A stretch of 32,000 nt of DNA, from assembly GCF_000195755.1 (NCBI RefSeq), contig NC_005863.1:1-32000 (forward strand). The letters are read 5' to 3'. The DNA comes from Nitratidesulfovibrio vulgaris str. Hildenborough. Its GTDB lineage: Bacteria; Desulfobacterota; Desulfovibrionia; Desulfovibrionales; Desulfovibrionaceae. Below, one piece after another: positions 1 to 8,451 of the stretch. The notes under the pieces were generated by a model. That model was not told the DNA's origin. It worked only from the letters and a program-made list of their open reading frames with translations, and searched no databases. Positions within the stretch are counted from its first letter, which is position 1. Each line of letters starts with the position of its first letter. The position numbers and the translations under genes are program-made.

Positions 1-649
1 CACAGCGGTGTGCCCCGCCGTCCCACCCTGTCGACCTGCCCTTACATGGGTTTGTGCTTTCATGATAGGCGGTTGTCCGATTTCACAGTGAACCACAGCG
101 CATGGTGTCTGTTCACGGCATGGCGCATCATGCCCAGACGCGCATGACGCGCCGGATTCACTCGCCCGCGGTGACCGCGCGAATGGCGTGCCTGCCAGCC
201 ACTCCTGTGAGGCGGCATCGGCAGCAGGCACAAGCGGCCCCCATGTCTCCGCCGTGTTGTGCGGGCATCCTGTAACAAGCTTGGAGGGCGATGGTCTGCG
301 GCACGATCCCAGCCGCGGCCTGGGAAGGGGCATCGGAGGGGCGTCGGCGCGCTGTACCGTGGCGATTTACAGAGACATCTCGGGCTGGCTGTCCGCCGAT
401 GAGCGAAGGTCCGCCGGCGACCCGTCAGCCACTCAAGGGTACTTCGCCCGGCGGGCATTCGGCACATCGGCCAGTCTCCCGGCTTGCAGGCACTTCGGCC
501 CGCCGGCTAGCCCCGGGCTGACTCGCCCACATGGGCACCGAGCCCTTCGCCAGCGCGAGGGCACGACCCGCCCGCCATCCGGGTACGGCTCCCCCTGTGA
601 CACCCCACCGGCAGCCTGCCCGCGCGGGATGATCGCTTCGGGAATCTAG
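1..649. other. GC-rich stretch with no credible coding frame; function unknown
   Basis: Only short overlapping ORFs (60-467 minus, 188-649 plus, 291-521 plus), with Arg/Pro/Gly/Ala-rich junk-like translations and no recognisable motifs. Contains imperfect hairpins, e.g. GTGAAC-N17-GTTCAC near 87-115 and GGCGCATCATG...CATGACGCGCC near 121-152. Confidence 0.3.
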
Positions 650-870
650 AAAATTTATAACCTGTCAAGAGGCGACAACTTTTACATTTTCTTCATGTTT
701 ACAGGACGTTGCAAGCGAAACACCCCTCCAATACGACGTCGTTCAGCGCAAACCGCAAGCGAATTCGTCTAAAAAAATGTTGATGGACAGAGTTTTTTTT
801 GATTAACCTGCTCGCATAACGCGAACGCCAAGCGTTACCTACATCTTTCCCGCAGAAGGGGGCCCGAAAC
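650..870 (+). promoter_or_regulatory. AT-rich parA upstream region with candidate operator repeats
   Basis: Sharp drop in GC directly upstream of parA. Direct repeats GCAAGCGAA at 711-719 and 756-764. Inverted repeat TAACGC-N9-GCGTTA at 817-837. Shine-Dalgarno AAGGGGG just before the ATG at 871. No promoter hexamers confidently assigned. Confidence 0.4.
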
Positions 871-1689
871 ATGGGTGCGATCATCGCCATCGTCAACAAC
901 AAAGGTGGGGTGGGCAAGACCACCATCACCACCAACCTTGCCCACGCGCTGGCAAACCTGCAACAGGAAGTGCTGGTCATCGACGCCGACTCGCAGTGCA
1001 ACACGAGTTCGTTCTTCTTTCACGGCGACGTCGAGCGCGTACCCGCACCCAACCTGTACGAATTGCTCGAAGACGACGCCGCGGACGTGCGCGACTGCAT
1101 CCACGCCGCGCCCGAATATTCGCGTATCGCCGTGCTGCCCACGCACCCCGACCTCGCCGGGCTGGAACCCGTCATCATCCAGCGTCCCGACACGGGCATA
1201 CGGCTCATGCGCGACAAGCTGCGCGACTATGCCAAGACCAAGTACGACTTCACGCTCATCGACTGCCCGCCCAACCTCGGCACCTTCGTCATGATGGCCA
1301 TGGTGGCGGCAGACTTCGTGCTGGTCCCGCTGGAAAGCGGCAGCAAATACTCCATCGACGGCATCGCCCGCACAGTGGGTCTCATCGACGACATCCGCTC
1401 CGAGGGCCAGAACAAGGACCTCACCCTGCTGCGCTTCCTGCTCAACAAGGCGCGGCCCCGCACCATCGTCGCCCGCGAGACACACGAGCGCCTGCGAGAA
1501 CGCTTCCCCGGTCGCGTGTTCGAGACCGTGCTTTCGGCCTCCACCGACCTGCAACAGAGCGAATACCTCAGCGAGACCGTCATTCGCAGCAAACCCAACA
1601 GCCAGCTTGCACGCCTGTTCCGCCAGCTGGCCAACGAGGTCGTGTCCCTGAAGGAGATAACCACCATGCAGGACGCGCCCTCTGCCTAG
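871..1689 (+). CDS. parA: ParA/Soj-family partition ATPase (deviant Walker A)
   Basis: N-terminus MGAIIAIVNNKGGVGKTTITTNLA is the KGGxGKT deviant Walker A. Also has the DxD-type motif VLVIDADSQ and Walker B FTLIDCPP. 272 aa with a good SD. Confidence 0.95.
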   Translation: MGAIIAIVNNKGGVGKTTITTNLAHALANLQQEVLVIDADSQCNTSSFFFHGDVERVPAPNLYELLEDDAADVRDCIHAAPEYSRIAVLPTHPDLAGLEPVIIQRPDTGIRLMRDKLRDYAKTKYDFTLIDCPPNLGTFVMMAMVAADFVLVPLESGSKYSIDGIARTVGLIDDIRSEGQNKDLTLLRFLLNKARPRTIVARETHERLRERFPGRVFETVLSASTDLQQSEYLSETVIRSKPNSQLARLFRQLANEVVSLKEITTMQDAPSA

Positions 1690-1739
1690 CCGACTAGACT
1701 TCCCTACCCTGCCCCCACCACGGGCGTGGAGGAACCGAT

Positions 1740-4700
1740 ATGCCCCCTGAAGCGACAGCCAACGCAAGCCCTGCCGGGCAACAACCGAAACGCAGGCGCG
1801 TTACGCTGGCAGACAGATTGCGTCAGGCCAGCAAGATGCAGTTCGAGTCGCCGGAACAGATTGCGGCCCGTGAAGCGCTGGAGAAGATGAACCGTGAGTC
1901 GGCACTGGCGACACCCGGTGACACCGACAGTCACGGGGTGTCTTCTGCTGTCACGCCTGACAAACCGACGACACACCAACACAAGGCCGTTGCCGAATCC
2001 GCGAAGGACGCCCCTTCGCCCCCCACCGTGACCAGCCCTTCCCCTGCCATAGAGGACGACCTCGGGCATGACACGTCGGCGGCCACGTCGGCGCGGGCAA
2101 GCACCGGTGAAGACGCCACCTGCGCCGCTTCTGGCACCACTCCCCGTGATGACGATGCCGGTCACCCCCTGACTGGCGCCGTCACCCGTGACGTCACCAC
2201 CCCAGAGACGCGTACTGTCACCCATGACACACCAGTCACCCCCGTGACAACAAAAGCCACGGGTGACTGCGATAGACACCCCGCGACAACAGCTGTCACC
2301 AGTGACACGGACTCCGAAACAGTGACCGCGACGGACACCAGTGACGCAAAACGTCACCCCGTGTCACCTGCGGCCACAGATGCCTCCAACAGTCACCCAG
2401 TGACGGCAGACGTCACCCCTGACGTCACCCCTGACAGCAACGCTCACCGGACGACAATGGCCGTCACTGGTGACAGCACGGTCACCCCCGACGGAGAACT
2501 CCCGGCTTCTTCAGCATCGACCCGCGAGCCCAAGACCGTGAGCAGCGCTGCCGACAGGGCATACACCGCCCCCCACGCCAGCCGGGGGAGGGACGCCGGA
2601 GACGACACCGGTCACCCCATGACAGACACCGTCACCAGTGACGGTACGTCACCCCCTCCTCCCCTATTCGTGCCCGCACATGGCCCACTGACGCACGGGG
2701 CGGTCGCGGCTACGGACACGGCAGGGGCAGCGACGGTCGAAGAAGGCCCTGCACACGACGTGCAGCCCATGCGGCAGGCTGAGGCATCGTCTGCGCCCCA
2801 TGCGTCGCGCGAAGCGCCCACAGGCACGGCGTACGCGGGCACAGAGGCAGGAAGTGCACACGGGCACGACCGCAGCACCGCGGGCCTTGCGACGACCGCA
2901 GAGGAAACGCCCTGCACGCCATGCGAAGCGCCAACCCCCGAGACGGCAGCCACACTGCATGACCGTTCCGCTGTGAACGCTCGCGCCATGGGGACGGAAA
3001 AGGTCACGGGGACAGAGAGAGTCACCCCTGACCCAACCGGTCACCCCGTGACCGCGGCAATCACCGTACGGCACGATGAAGGCCCCCTCCCCGGAGCTGA
3101 GACTCCGGGGGTATCTGGAGCAGAATCACCCCATGTGACGCCCCATGTGACGCCCCGAGTGACGCCCCGAGTGACGCCGGATGCGACGCAGGATGCGACG
3201 CCGGAGGCCTCTGGCAGTACATTGCCGGGTGCGACATCCGACCTGACGGGGGGCCTGACCGGGGGCCCGTCCGTGACAGCAGCGGGCGCAGAAGCAGACG
3301 CGGGCACAGAGACCGGCGCGCCGTATGCGCGGGCTGCCGCCTCCAAGGACCAGTCGGATGCGACACGCCCCGGAGATGACATCGCACCGTCACATGCCGC
3401 ACGGCAGGCAGCGGGTATCAGCGACGGCGCAACCACCGTCTCCGACGTCACCCCCCTGTCAGCCCACGACACGATGTCTTCTTTCGTCACGGATGACAGC
3501 CACGGTCACCCCATGACGGACAACGTCACCACTACCGAGCCTACCGTCCATCAGGCCATGGCCCATGGGATGGCTCCGGTGGTGAATAGCCCGAAGCCAG
3601 AGGGCGGTGTGCATGTGCGCAGCCCCCTCCCCGCCCACGACCTTGCCGGGCACATGGGGCACAGTGCCGAGCAAGCCCCCCAGACAGGGAACGTCACGGA
3701 TGACGCATCACGTCACGGGGTGTCGGCAGAAGTCACCCCTGACATGTCCGCCACGGCCCCAGTCACCCCAGTCACCCCAGTCATCCCAGTCAGGCCGGGC
3801 ACTCCGGGCCCGCTTGCAGGGCTGACCACATCGCGCACGCTTCTCAACAGCACCTTGCAGGTCAACATCTATAATATGGTGCTTGAGGCGGGCGGGGCCG
3901 TGTTCACCTCGGGCGGGCAGATGGCCAAGCGCTTCGACGTGGCCGTGCGTTCGGTGCGCCGTACCCTCGACCTCATGGAGACCAAGGGCATCCTCAGCCG
4001 CGAATCGGGGGCGGCGGGCATGACGCTGCGTCTGCTCATGGACCCCCTTTCGGTGATGGGCATCCATGCCAGCGGTCTGCCCGCAGGTGTCATCGGCGCG
4101 GTGCATGACGCCGGGGCAGTCCATGACGGCATCATGGGCGGGCACGCCCCATACCGGACGGGAAGAGGTCCGGACATGCCCACGTTCCCGTCGGGTTCGC
4201 CGGCGGCACACACGCCCGAATTTGTGGCAGGGCACGGCACGGGCGCGGAGGGCAGGGGAGGGTATCCCGCAGCGGGGATGCCGCAGCCCCATGCCCCGCA
4301 CCCTTCGCCGTCACCCCGTGACAGCTATGGTCACCCCTCGTTCATGCACGCCGCACCCCATCCGGTACAGACCTCCCCGCACCTGAACGACCAGCAGGGC
4401 AGGGCGGCGAACCCCGGCGACATGGTCGCGCCGCACAGGCCTGCCGCTGCCCATCAGATGCACGGCGGCATGGTGCCACGGCATCAGCCCGGGGCGACAC
4501 AGACGGGGCAGGCAGCGAGCGTGTCAGGTGCTGGCACACCGGGCACCACGGCGGGAGACGCCTTCGGAGTGCCGTCCGGCGGCCCCGGGGCGGACATGGC
4601 GTTCTTCCGCGAACGCTATCCCCATCTCGCCCGTGCGGGCTTCGGCCCGGCACAGGTGAAGCAGGTGCGTGAGGCACTGGCATCACGCGACCTGCCCGAC

Positions 4701-5135
4701 GACCTCGTGGAAGAGTCGCTCGGCTATGCCGAATGGGAACTCGAGCATGGCACCATGGTCGACGCCAAGGGACAGCCCATCGCCAAGCCCGCCGACTGGG
4801 TCTTCAAGTCGCTTGCCATGCACGGCTGCTACAGGCGGCCCGCCGGATACGTCGACCCGCTGGAAGAGGCCCGGGCGCGCATCGCCGAACGCATCGCCGC
4901 ACAGACGGCCCACCGCGAACAACTGGCGCGCCTGCGTGAAGAGCAGGAGAAGCTTGAGATGGAAGCCCTCATCGACGCGGAGGTTGAACGGCTTGCCGCA
5001 GCCCCCGACAGCGCAGAGGTGGACGAACTGTTGCAAGGGCTGCCCGCCGTGCTGCGCGCCAAGGGGCTTGAGAGCGCACTGGTACAGCGCGAGATGCGTC
5101 GCCGCCTGCGCGAACGTCTCTTCCCGGAGGGGTGA
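1740..5135 (+). CDS. Large (1131 aa) repeat-rich protein with a central MarR/GntR-like winged-helix segment and a C-terminal coiled coil; candidate centromere- or origin-binding partner of ParA
   Basis: SD GGAGGA lies 6 nt before the ATG, 50 nt after the parA stop. Basic N-terminal peptide QQPKRRRVTLADRLRQ. About 650 aa of V/T/P/D/H-rich low complexity with recurring GHP(V/M/L)T-xx-VT. wHTH-like segment QMAKRFDVAVRSVRRTLDLMETKGILSRE (nt ~3840-3990). P/H/G-rich linker. Ordered C-terminal domain (nt ~4600-5135) ending in an E/R/L-rich coiled coil. No ParB box seen. Whether the whole low-complexity part is translated is unproven. Confidence 0.7.
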   Translation: MPPEATANASPAGQQPKRRRVTLADRLRQASKMQFESPEQIAAREALEKMNRESALATPGDTDSHGVSSAVTPDKPTTHQHKAVAESAKDAPSPPTVTSPSPAIEDDLGHDTSAATSARASTGEDATCAASGTTPRDDDAGHPLTGAVTRDVTTPETRTVTHDTPVTPVTTKATGDCDRHPATTAVTSDTDSETVTATDTSDAKRHPVSPAATDASNSHPVTADVTPDVTPDSNAHRTTMAVTGDSTVTPDGELPASSASTREPKTVSSAADRAYTAPHASRGRDAGDDTGHPMTDTVTSDGTSPPPPLFVPAHGPLTHGAVAATDTAGAATVEEGPAHDVQPMRQAEASSAPHASREAPTGTAYAGTEAGSAHGHDRSTAGLATTAEETPCTPCEAPTPETAATLHDRSAVNARAMGTEKVTGTERVTPDPTGHPVTAAITVRHDEGPLPGAETPGVSGAESPHVTPHVTPRVTPRVTPDATQDATPEASGSTLPGATSDLTGGLTGGPSVTAAGAEADAGTETGAPYARAAASKDQSDATRPGDDIAPSHAARQAAGISDGATTVSDVTPLSAHDTMSSFVTDDSHGHPMTDNVTTTEPTVHQAMAHGMAPVVNSPKPEGGVHVRSPLPAHDLAGHMGHSAEQAPQTGNVTDDASRHGVSAEVTPDMSATAPVTPVTPVIPVRPGTPGPLAGLTTSRTLLNSTLQVNIYNMVLEAGGAVFTSGGQMAKRFDVAVRSVRRTLDLMETKGILSRESGAAGMTLRLLMDPLSVMGIHASGLPAGVIGAVHDAGAVHDGIMGGHAPYRTGRGPDMPTFPSGSPAAHTPEFVAGHGTGAEGRGGYPAAGMPQPHAPHPSPSPRDSYGHPSFMHAAPHPVQTSPHLNDQQGRAANPGDMVAPHRPAAAHQMHGGMVPRHQPGATQTGQAASVSGAGTPGTTAGDAFGVPSGGPGADMAFFRERYPHLARAGFGPAQVKQVREALASRDLPDDLVEESLGYAEWELEHGTMVDAKGQPIAKPADWVFKSLAMHGCYRRPAGYVDPLEEARARIAERIAAQTAHREQLARLREEQEKLEMEALIDAEVERLAAAPDSAEVDELLQGLPAVLRAKGLESALVQREMRRRLRERLFPEG
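1925..4340. repeat. Dense array of GTCAC/GTGAC-based motifs embedded in the large ORF, including 8 copies of a ~26-bp composite unit
   Basis: Composite GTCACCCC(N)TGAC-N7-GTCACC at 2161-2186, 2392-2417, 2611-2636, 3040-3065, 3505-3530, 3712-3737 and 4310-4335, plus a compact variant at 2353-2368. Also 12-bp tandem repeats (GTGACGCCCC-NN) at 3133-3200 and 9-bp tandem repeats (CAGTCACCC) at 3761-3795. Confidence 0.85.
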
Positions 5136-5180
5136 TGCGAGGGACGCGGGATGCCGGTGCCATGAGGGGTGGCAGACAGG

Positions 5181-5432
5181 ATGACAGGCAGGGTGACACC
5201 GTCGGTCACGGGGTGACAGACCAAGGATGACAGCGAGGGACACGGGGTGGTGACAGGTCACCTGACACGGGGCGACACCCCATGACAATCCGCCCCTCGA
5301 AACGTCACCGGTGACAGGACAGGGCCCGTGACGCGACACGTCCCCCATGACAGCGCATGTCGCGAGGTGACATGTGGAGCATCTGAAACAAAAACAATGG
5401 GTTGGGTACAAGCCCGTGACATGGGCGGTCAC
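5181..5432. repeat. Non-coding iteron-like array of GTGAC/GTCAC pentamers; candidate centromere or origin iterons
   Basis: Strict GTGAC or GTCAC at 5193, 5205, 5213, 5250, 5257, 5304, 5311, 5328, 5366, 5416 and 5428, plus ATGAC/CTGAC/GCGAC variants. Inverted copy of the 26-bp composite unit at 5192-5217. Palindromes GTCACGGGGTGAC (5205-5217) and GTCACCGGTGAC (5304-5315). My rough base-composition estimate is under 1 strict pentamer expected by chance in 250 nt. Confidence 0.6.
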
Positions 5433-5451
5433 CCCCCTCTTATATAAGGAA

Positions 5452-5479
5452 GATAGATAGAAAGAAGAGTCTATCTATC
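5452..5479. promoter_or_regulatory. Perfect 9-bp inverted repeat in an AT-rich patch just upstream of the HU-like gene; candidate operator or DNA-unwinding-adjacent element
   Basis: GATAGATAG (5452-5460), N10, CTATCTATC (5471-5479). Preceded by TATATAAGGAAG. The HU-like ATG is at 5490. Confidence 0.4.
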
Positions 5480-5489
5480 GCAGGAACAC

Positions 5490-5843
5490 ATGGAAAAGAC
5501 GAGCAAGCCGCAACTGGTGGCCTACCTGCGGGAAAGGGCACACCTCACGGAAGAGCAGGCGCTGATGACGCTCAAGGCCTTGTATCTCTTCTCGCTGGAG
5601 CATCTTGAGAAGGGCGTGGGCGTGGTGCTGCCCGACATCGGGCAAATCAAGCCATCCATGGGCAAGGGCGGGGTAGGGCGCAACTTCCGCACCGGAGAGG
5701 CGACGGTCATCGAACCCAAGCTCAAGCTCACGTTCAGTGCGTCCAAGGCACTGAAGGAACCGCTGGACGCGGCGCAGCGCAAGGCCGCGAAACAGCGCGA
5801 CGCGAAGTCGCAGGACGGCGCGACGGGCGACGGACGGGCGTAG
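5490..5843 (+). CDS. HU/IHF-family nucleoid-associated DNA-binding protein with a basic C-terminal tail
   Basis: 117 aa. The beta-arm signature GRNFRTGEATVIEPKLKLTFSASKALKE matches the GRNPxTGE...I pattern of HU/IHF proteins. N-terminal helical segment KPQLVAYLRERAHLTEEQA. Confidence 0.85.
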   Translation: MEKTSKPQLVAYLRERAHLTEEQALMTLKALYLFSLEHLEKGVGVVLPDIGQIKPSMGKGGVGRNFRTGEATVIEPKLKLTFSASKALKEPLDAAQRKAAKQRDAKSQDGATGDGRA

Positions 5844-6497
5844 CCACGACCGGACGGCTGGCTGCCGCCAGACATGGTGAGGCCCGGGTGCGCACGCGGG
5901 GCACGATGCCCGACACACGCAAGCCCGGTCATGCCTCCTCCCATGAAGCCCCGGAGGGGCATCGGCCCGAAGCCTCGCAGGTGAATATCAAGGTCACCCC
6001 CGATGCTTCGCGAGGTGACCCCGGCAGAGGGCGACCCGGTGGTGAAGACGTCCGGCCGGGGCGTGATGGTGGCGGTACGACGAAGGGTGATGACGCCCGG
6101 AAGAGGTTACCGGCGAGAAGGGCACGGATTACCGTCTTCCAGGCAGATGTCGCCCCTGCCGCACGGTCGCAGGGGCGGAAGCGGCAGACGTTGCGGGAAG
6201 GCGTACCTTCCGCCGCAAGACCGGAGAGGCTGGACCTCCATCGTCCGCCAGTCGCCACGCCGTGAGGTGTGGGCCGACCATGGGCACAGGCCTTGCGTTG
6301 CCGGAGGGCAGGGTCGCCTGTCTGCGGTGCTTCTGCCCGGGCAGACCGCGTGGCGCGCGAACCTGCGAAGCATGGGGTTCGCAGGTCCGCGGAGGGATGT
6401 TCCGGAGGGAAGCCGCTGACACGGGCGGCAGGGGGCTTATGCCCCGCGGCCCCGTCGATAGGGCGGGCCATGCCGCATCAGCCGGGGTCTGCTCGGG

Positions 6498-7418
6498 TCA
6501 GGGCCGCGCCGTCTTGCGTCTGACGACGAGTGTGCTGTGCCCGCTGCCACGCAGGATGTGTTCGGCGGTGCTCTTGAACAGCAGCCGCTGCAACACTCCG
6601 TGGTCATGCATGCCGACGATGGTGAGGTCGGCGCTGCACCCCTCTGCCGTCCCCATGATGGAGGCGGGCACGACGCCCCGTGGCAGGTGCGACCTGACGG
6701 TGACAGGGGCATCGCCATCCCTCTCCATGATGGCGGAAAGCCTTGCAAGGGCGTTATGAAGGTGCCCGCCGTGCCGCGAATACTCGTGCGCGGCGTGCGT
6801 GTTCGCCTCCTTCCGGGCGACGCCGCTCTTGGATGTGATCTTCATCCGGGCGAACACATCCCACGCATGCACCACGTGAAGCGTCGCGCTGTGACGTGTG
6901 GCGATGCCGTATGCGGCTTCGAGGATAGCCTCGTTGAGGCTCCTGTCCGAAGGCGAGTCGATGACGTCGTCACAGCCGATGGCCGCTACGATGTTGCGGA
7001 GGCTGTTCGTACCCTGCTTCAGGACGAGCACGTCGCCCTGCGCGCCATGGACGAAGTTCATGAATGTCTTCGTCTGGATGGGGTTCGCGAAGAGGTTCGC
7101 GTGGTGGTCGACGATGGTGAGGTCGTGTTGCCCCGGGCGCTGTGCAGACAGCCGGGAGAGCGTATCGGCACCGTCGGTCACGATGACGTCGTGACCTGCA
7201 CCGCAGCCCGTATCGTGGCCCTTGCCACGCCATGCCGGGGCCTCGGCGCGCCGCGCATCGGCCTCGCACGCCTGTTCCATGTCACGCCGGAGGGCGTCGT
7301 CGCACAGTATGGTGAGCGGTGCACCGAGTCTTCGCGCGAAGTCGATGGCGAAGAGGGCCCTGTGCCTGTCCGTGCCGGGGCCGGTCGCCCCGTAGAGTAT
7401 CCTGTCGTAGCAGCGCAT
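6498..7418 (-). CDS. Tandem-domain universal stress protein (UspA family)
   Basis: Two Usp-like halves. The C-terminal signature DLTIVGMHDHGVLQRLLFKSTAEHILRGSGHSTLVV matches the G-x2-G-x9-G(S/T) Usp ATP-binding pattern. ORF is open to GTG 7433, but SD GGAGG is best spaced for the ATG at 7418. Confidence 0.85.
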   Translation of the reverse strand: MRCYDRILYGATGPGTDRHRALFAIDFARRLGAPLTILCDDALRRDMEQACEADARRAEAPAWRGKGHDTGCGAGHDVIVTDGADTLSRLSAQRPGQHDLTIVDHHANLFANPIQTKTFMNFVHGAQGDVLVLKQGTNSLRNIVAAIGCDDVIDSPSDRSLNEAILEAAYGIATRHSATLHVVHAWDVFARMKITSKSGVARKEANTHAAHEYSRHGGHLHNALARLSAIMERDGDAPVTVRSHLPRGVVPASIMGTAEGCSADLTIVGMHDHGVLQRLLFKSTAEHILRGSGHSTLVVRRKTARP

Positions 7419-7455
7419 GCGCATCCTCCACACGCGAATGGGGTCGTGAATCAGG

Positions 7456-8451
7456 TCAGGTGCCGATGACGAACGTCGCCATGCCGAAGTAGATGAGGAT
7501 GGTGGAGATGTCGGACAGCGCCAGCGTGAGGGGGCCCGATGCGATGCGCATGTCCAGCTTCAGCTTGTGCAGCAGGGAAGGGATGCTGAGCCCCCAGAAG
7601 ACCCCGCAGCACAGCGTCAGCAGGATGCTCGAACCGATGACCGCCGATGCGGCGACATCGTCCCGCCACAGGACGACGATGCTGCCCACGATGAGCCAGC
7701 ACGCCGCCCCCAGAAGCACGGCGGAGCCCACTTCGCGGTAGAACGACTTCACATACCATTTCCAGTCCGGGTCGAGGGACCGCAGCGTGTGGATGGCGAG
7801 CGTCATGGACTGGATGCTCACACTCTCTCCGAGGCCCAGCACGAGGGTCATGAAGAAGGCCAGCACGAGACTCTGCGCCAGCGTCGCCTCATAGGCCCCC
7901 GCAAGGATGGCGCAGGTCGTGCCGCTGGCGATGGTGGCGAGAAGCCACGGGAATCGGTAGCGGAAGGCGCGCAGGGGCGAGGCCTCGCGCACCTGCAGGA
8001 TGCTGAGGCCGATGATCTCGAAGGCCCTGTGCATGTTCTCGCGGTCGGTGGCGTCGATGTCCTCTTTCGAGAACATGCCGATGTCCACCACACCGAGGAT
8101 GCGCCTCTCGTCATCCACCACGGGAAAGGCGAGCAACTTGTGGCGCGTGAAGTACTCATGCGCGTCGAGGACGCTGCAATCCATGGGGATTGCGATGGTC
8201 GAGGTGATCATGATGTCGTCGACCGTCTTCGTGTCGTCCGAGGTCAGAAGGCGTCTGATGGGAATGACGCCTGTCAGCCTGTCGTCGCAGTCGACGATGT
8301 AGAAGTAGTCGATGCGGTTCTCATCATCAGTCGATGACTTGATGTCGTGAAGTGCCTCTTTGATCGTCGTGCCCGAGACGAACTTCTTCACGTCTGTACG
8401 GGCGAGTCGCATGATGGATTCCTTGAAGAATCTGTTCTTCTTGCGTGGCAT
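7456..8451 (-). CDS. MgtE-like divalent cation transporter (CBS pair plus MgtE membrane domain; no MgtE N-domain)
   Basis: CBS-pair-like region (IKEALHDIK...YFYIVDCDDRLTGVIPIRRLL, ...LLAFPVVDDERRILGVVD) followed by the MgtE-type TM domain FRYRFPWLLATIASGTTCAILAGAYE...LVLGLGESVSIQS. SD GGAGGA lies upstream of the ATG at 8451; the longer ORF to 8535 lacks an SD. Confidence 0.85.
   Translation of the reverse strand: MPRKKNRFFKESIMRLARTDVKKFVSGTTIKEALHDIKSSTDDENRIDYFYIVDCDDRLTGVIPIRRLLTSDDTKTVDDIMITSTIAIPMDCSVLDAHEYFTRHKLLAFPVVDDERRILGVVDIGMFSKEDIDATDRENMHRAFEIIGLSILQVREASPLRAFRYRFPWLLATIASGTTCAILAGAYEATLAQSLVLAFFMTLVLGLGESVSIQSMTLAIHTLRSLDPDWKWYVKSFYREVGSAVLLGAACWLIVGSIVVLWRDDVAASAVIGSSILLTLCCGVFWGLSIPSLLHKLKLDMRIASGPLTLALSDISTILIYFGMATFVIGT

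Noticed and set aside
60-649. ORFs 60-467 (minus), 188-649 (plus) and 291-521 (plus) at the window start
   Set aside because: Mutually overlapping, no SD, and composition typical of random high-GC frames. Kept only as an unexplained non-coding stretch.
835-1767. 310-aa minus-strand ORF overlapping parA
   Set aside because: Antisense shadow of parA, which has unmistakable Walker motifs. No SD and no recognisable domain.
4683-5432. 249-aa minus-strand ORF spanning the end of the large ORF and the iteron-like array
   Set aside because: Its translation is Cys/His/Pro-rich repeat junk produced by the GTGAC motifs. It overlaps the well-structured C-terminal domain of the plus-strand gene.
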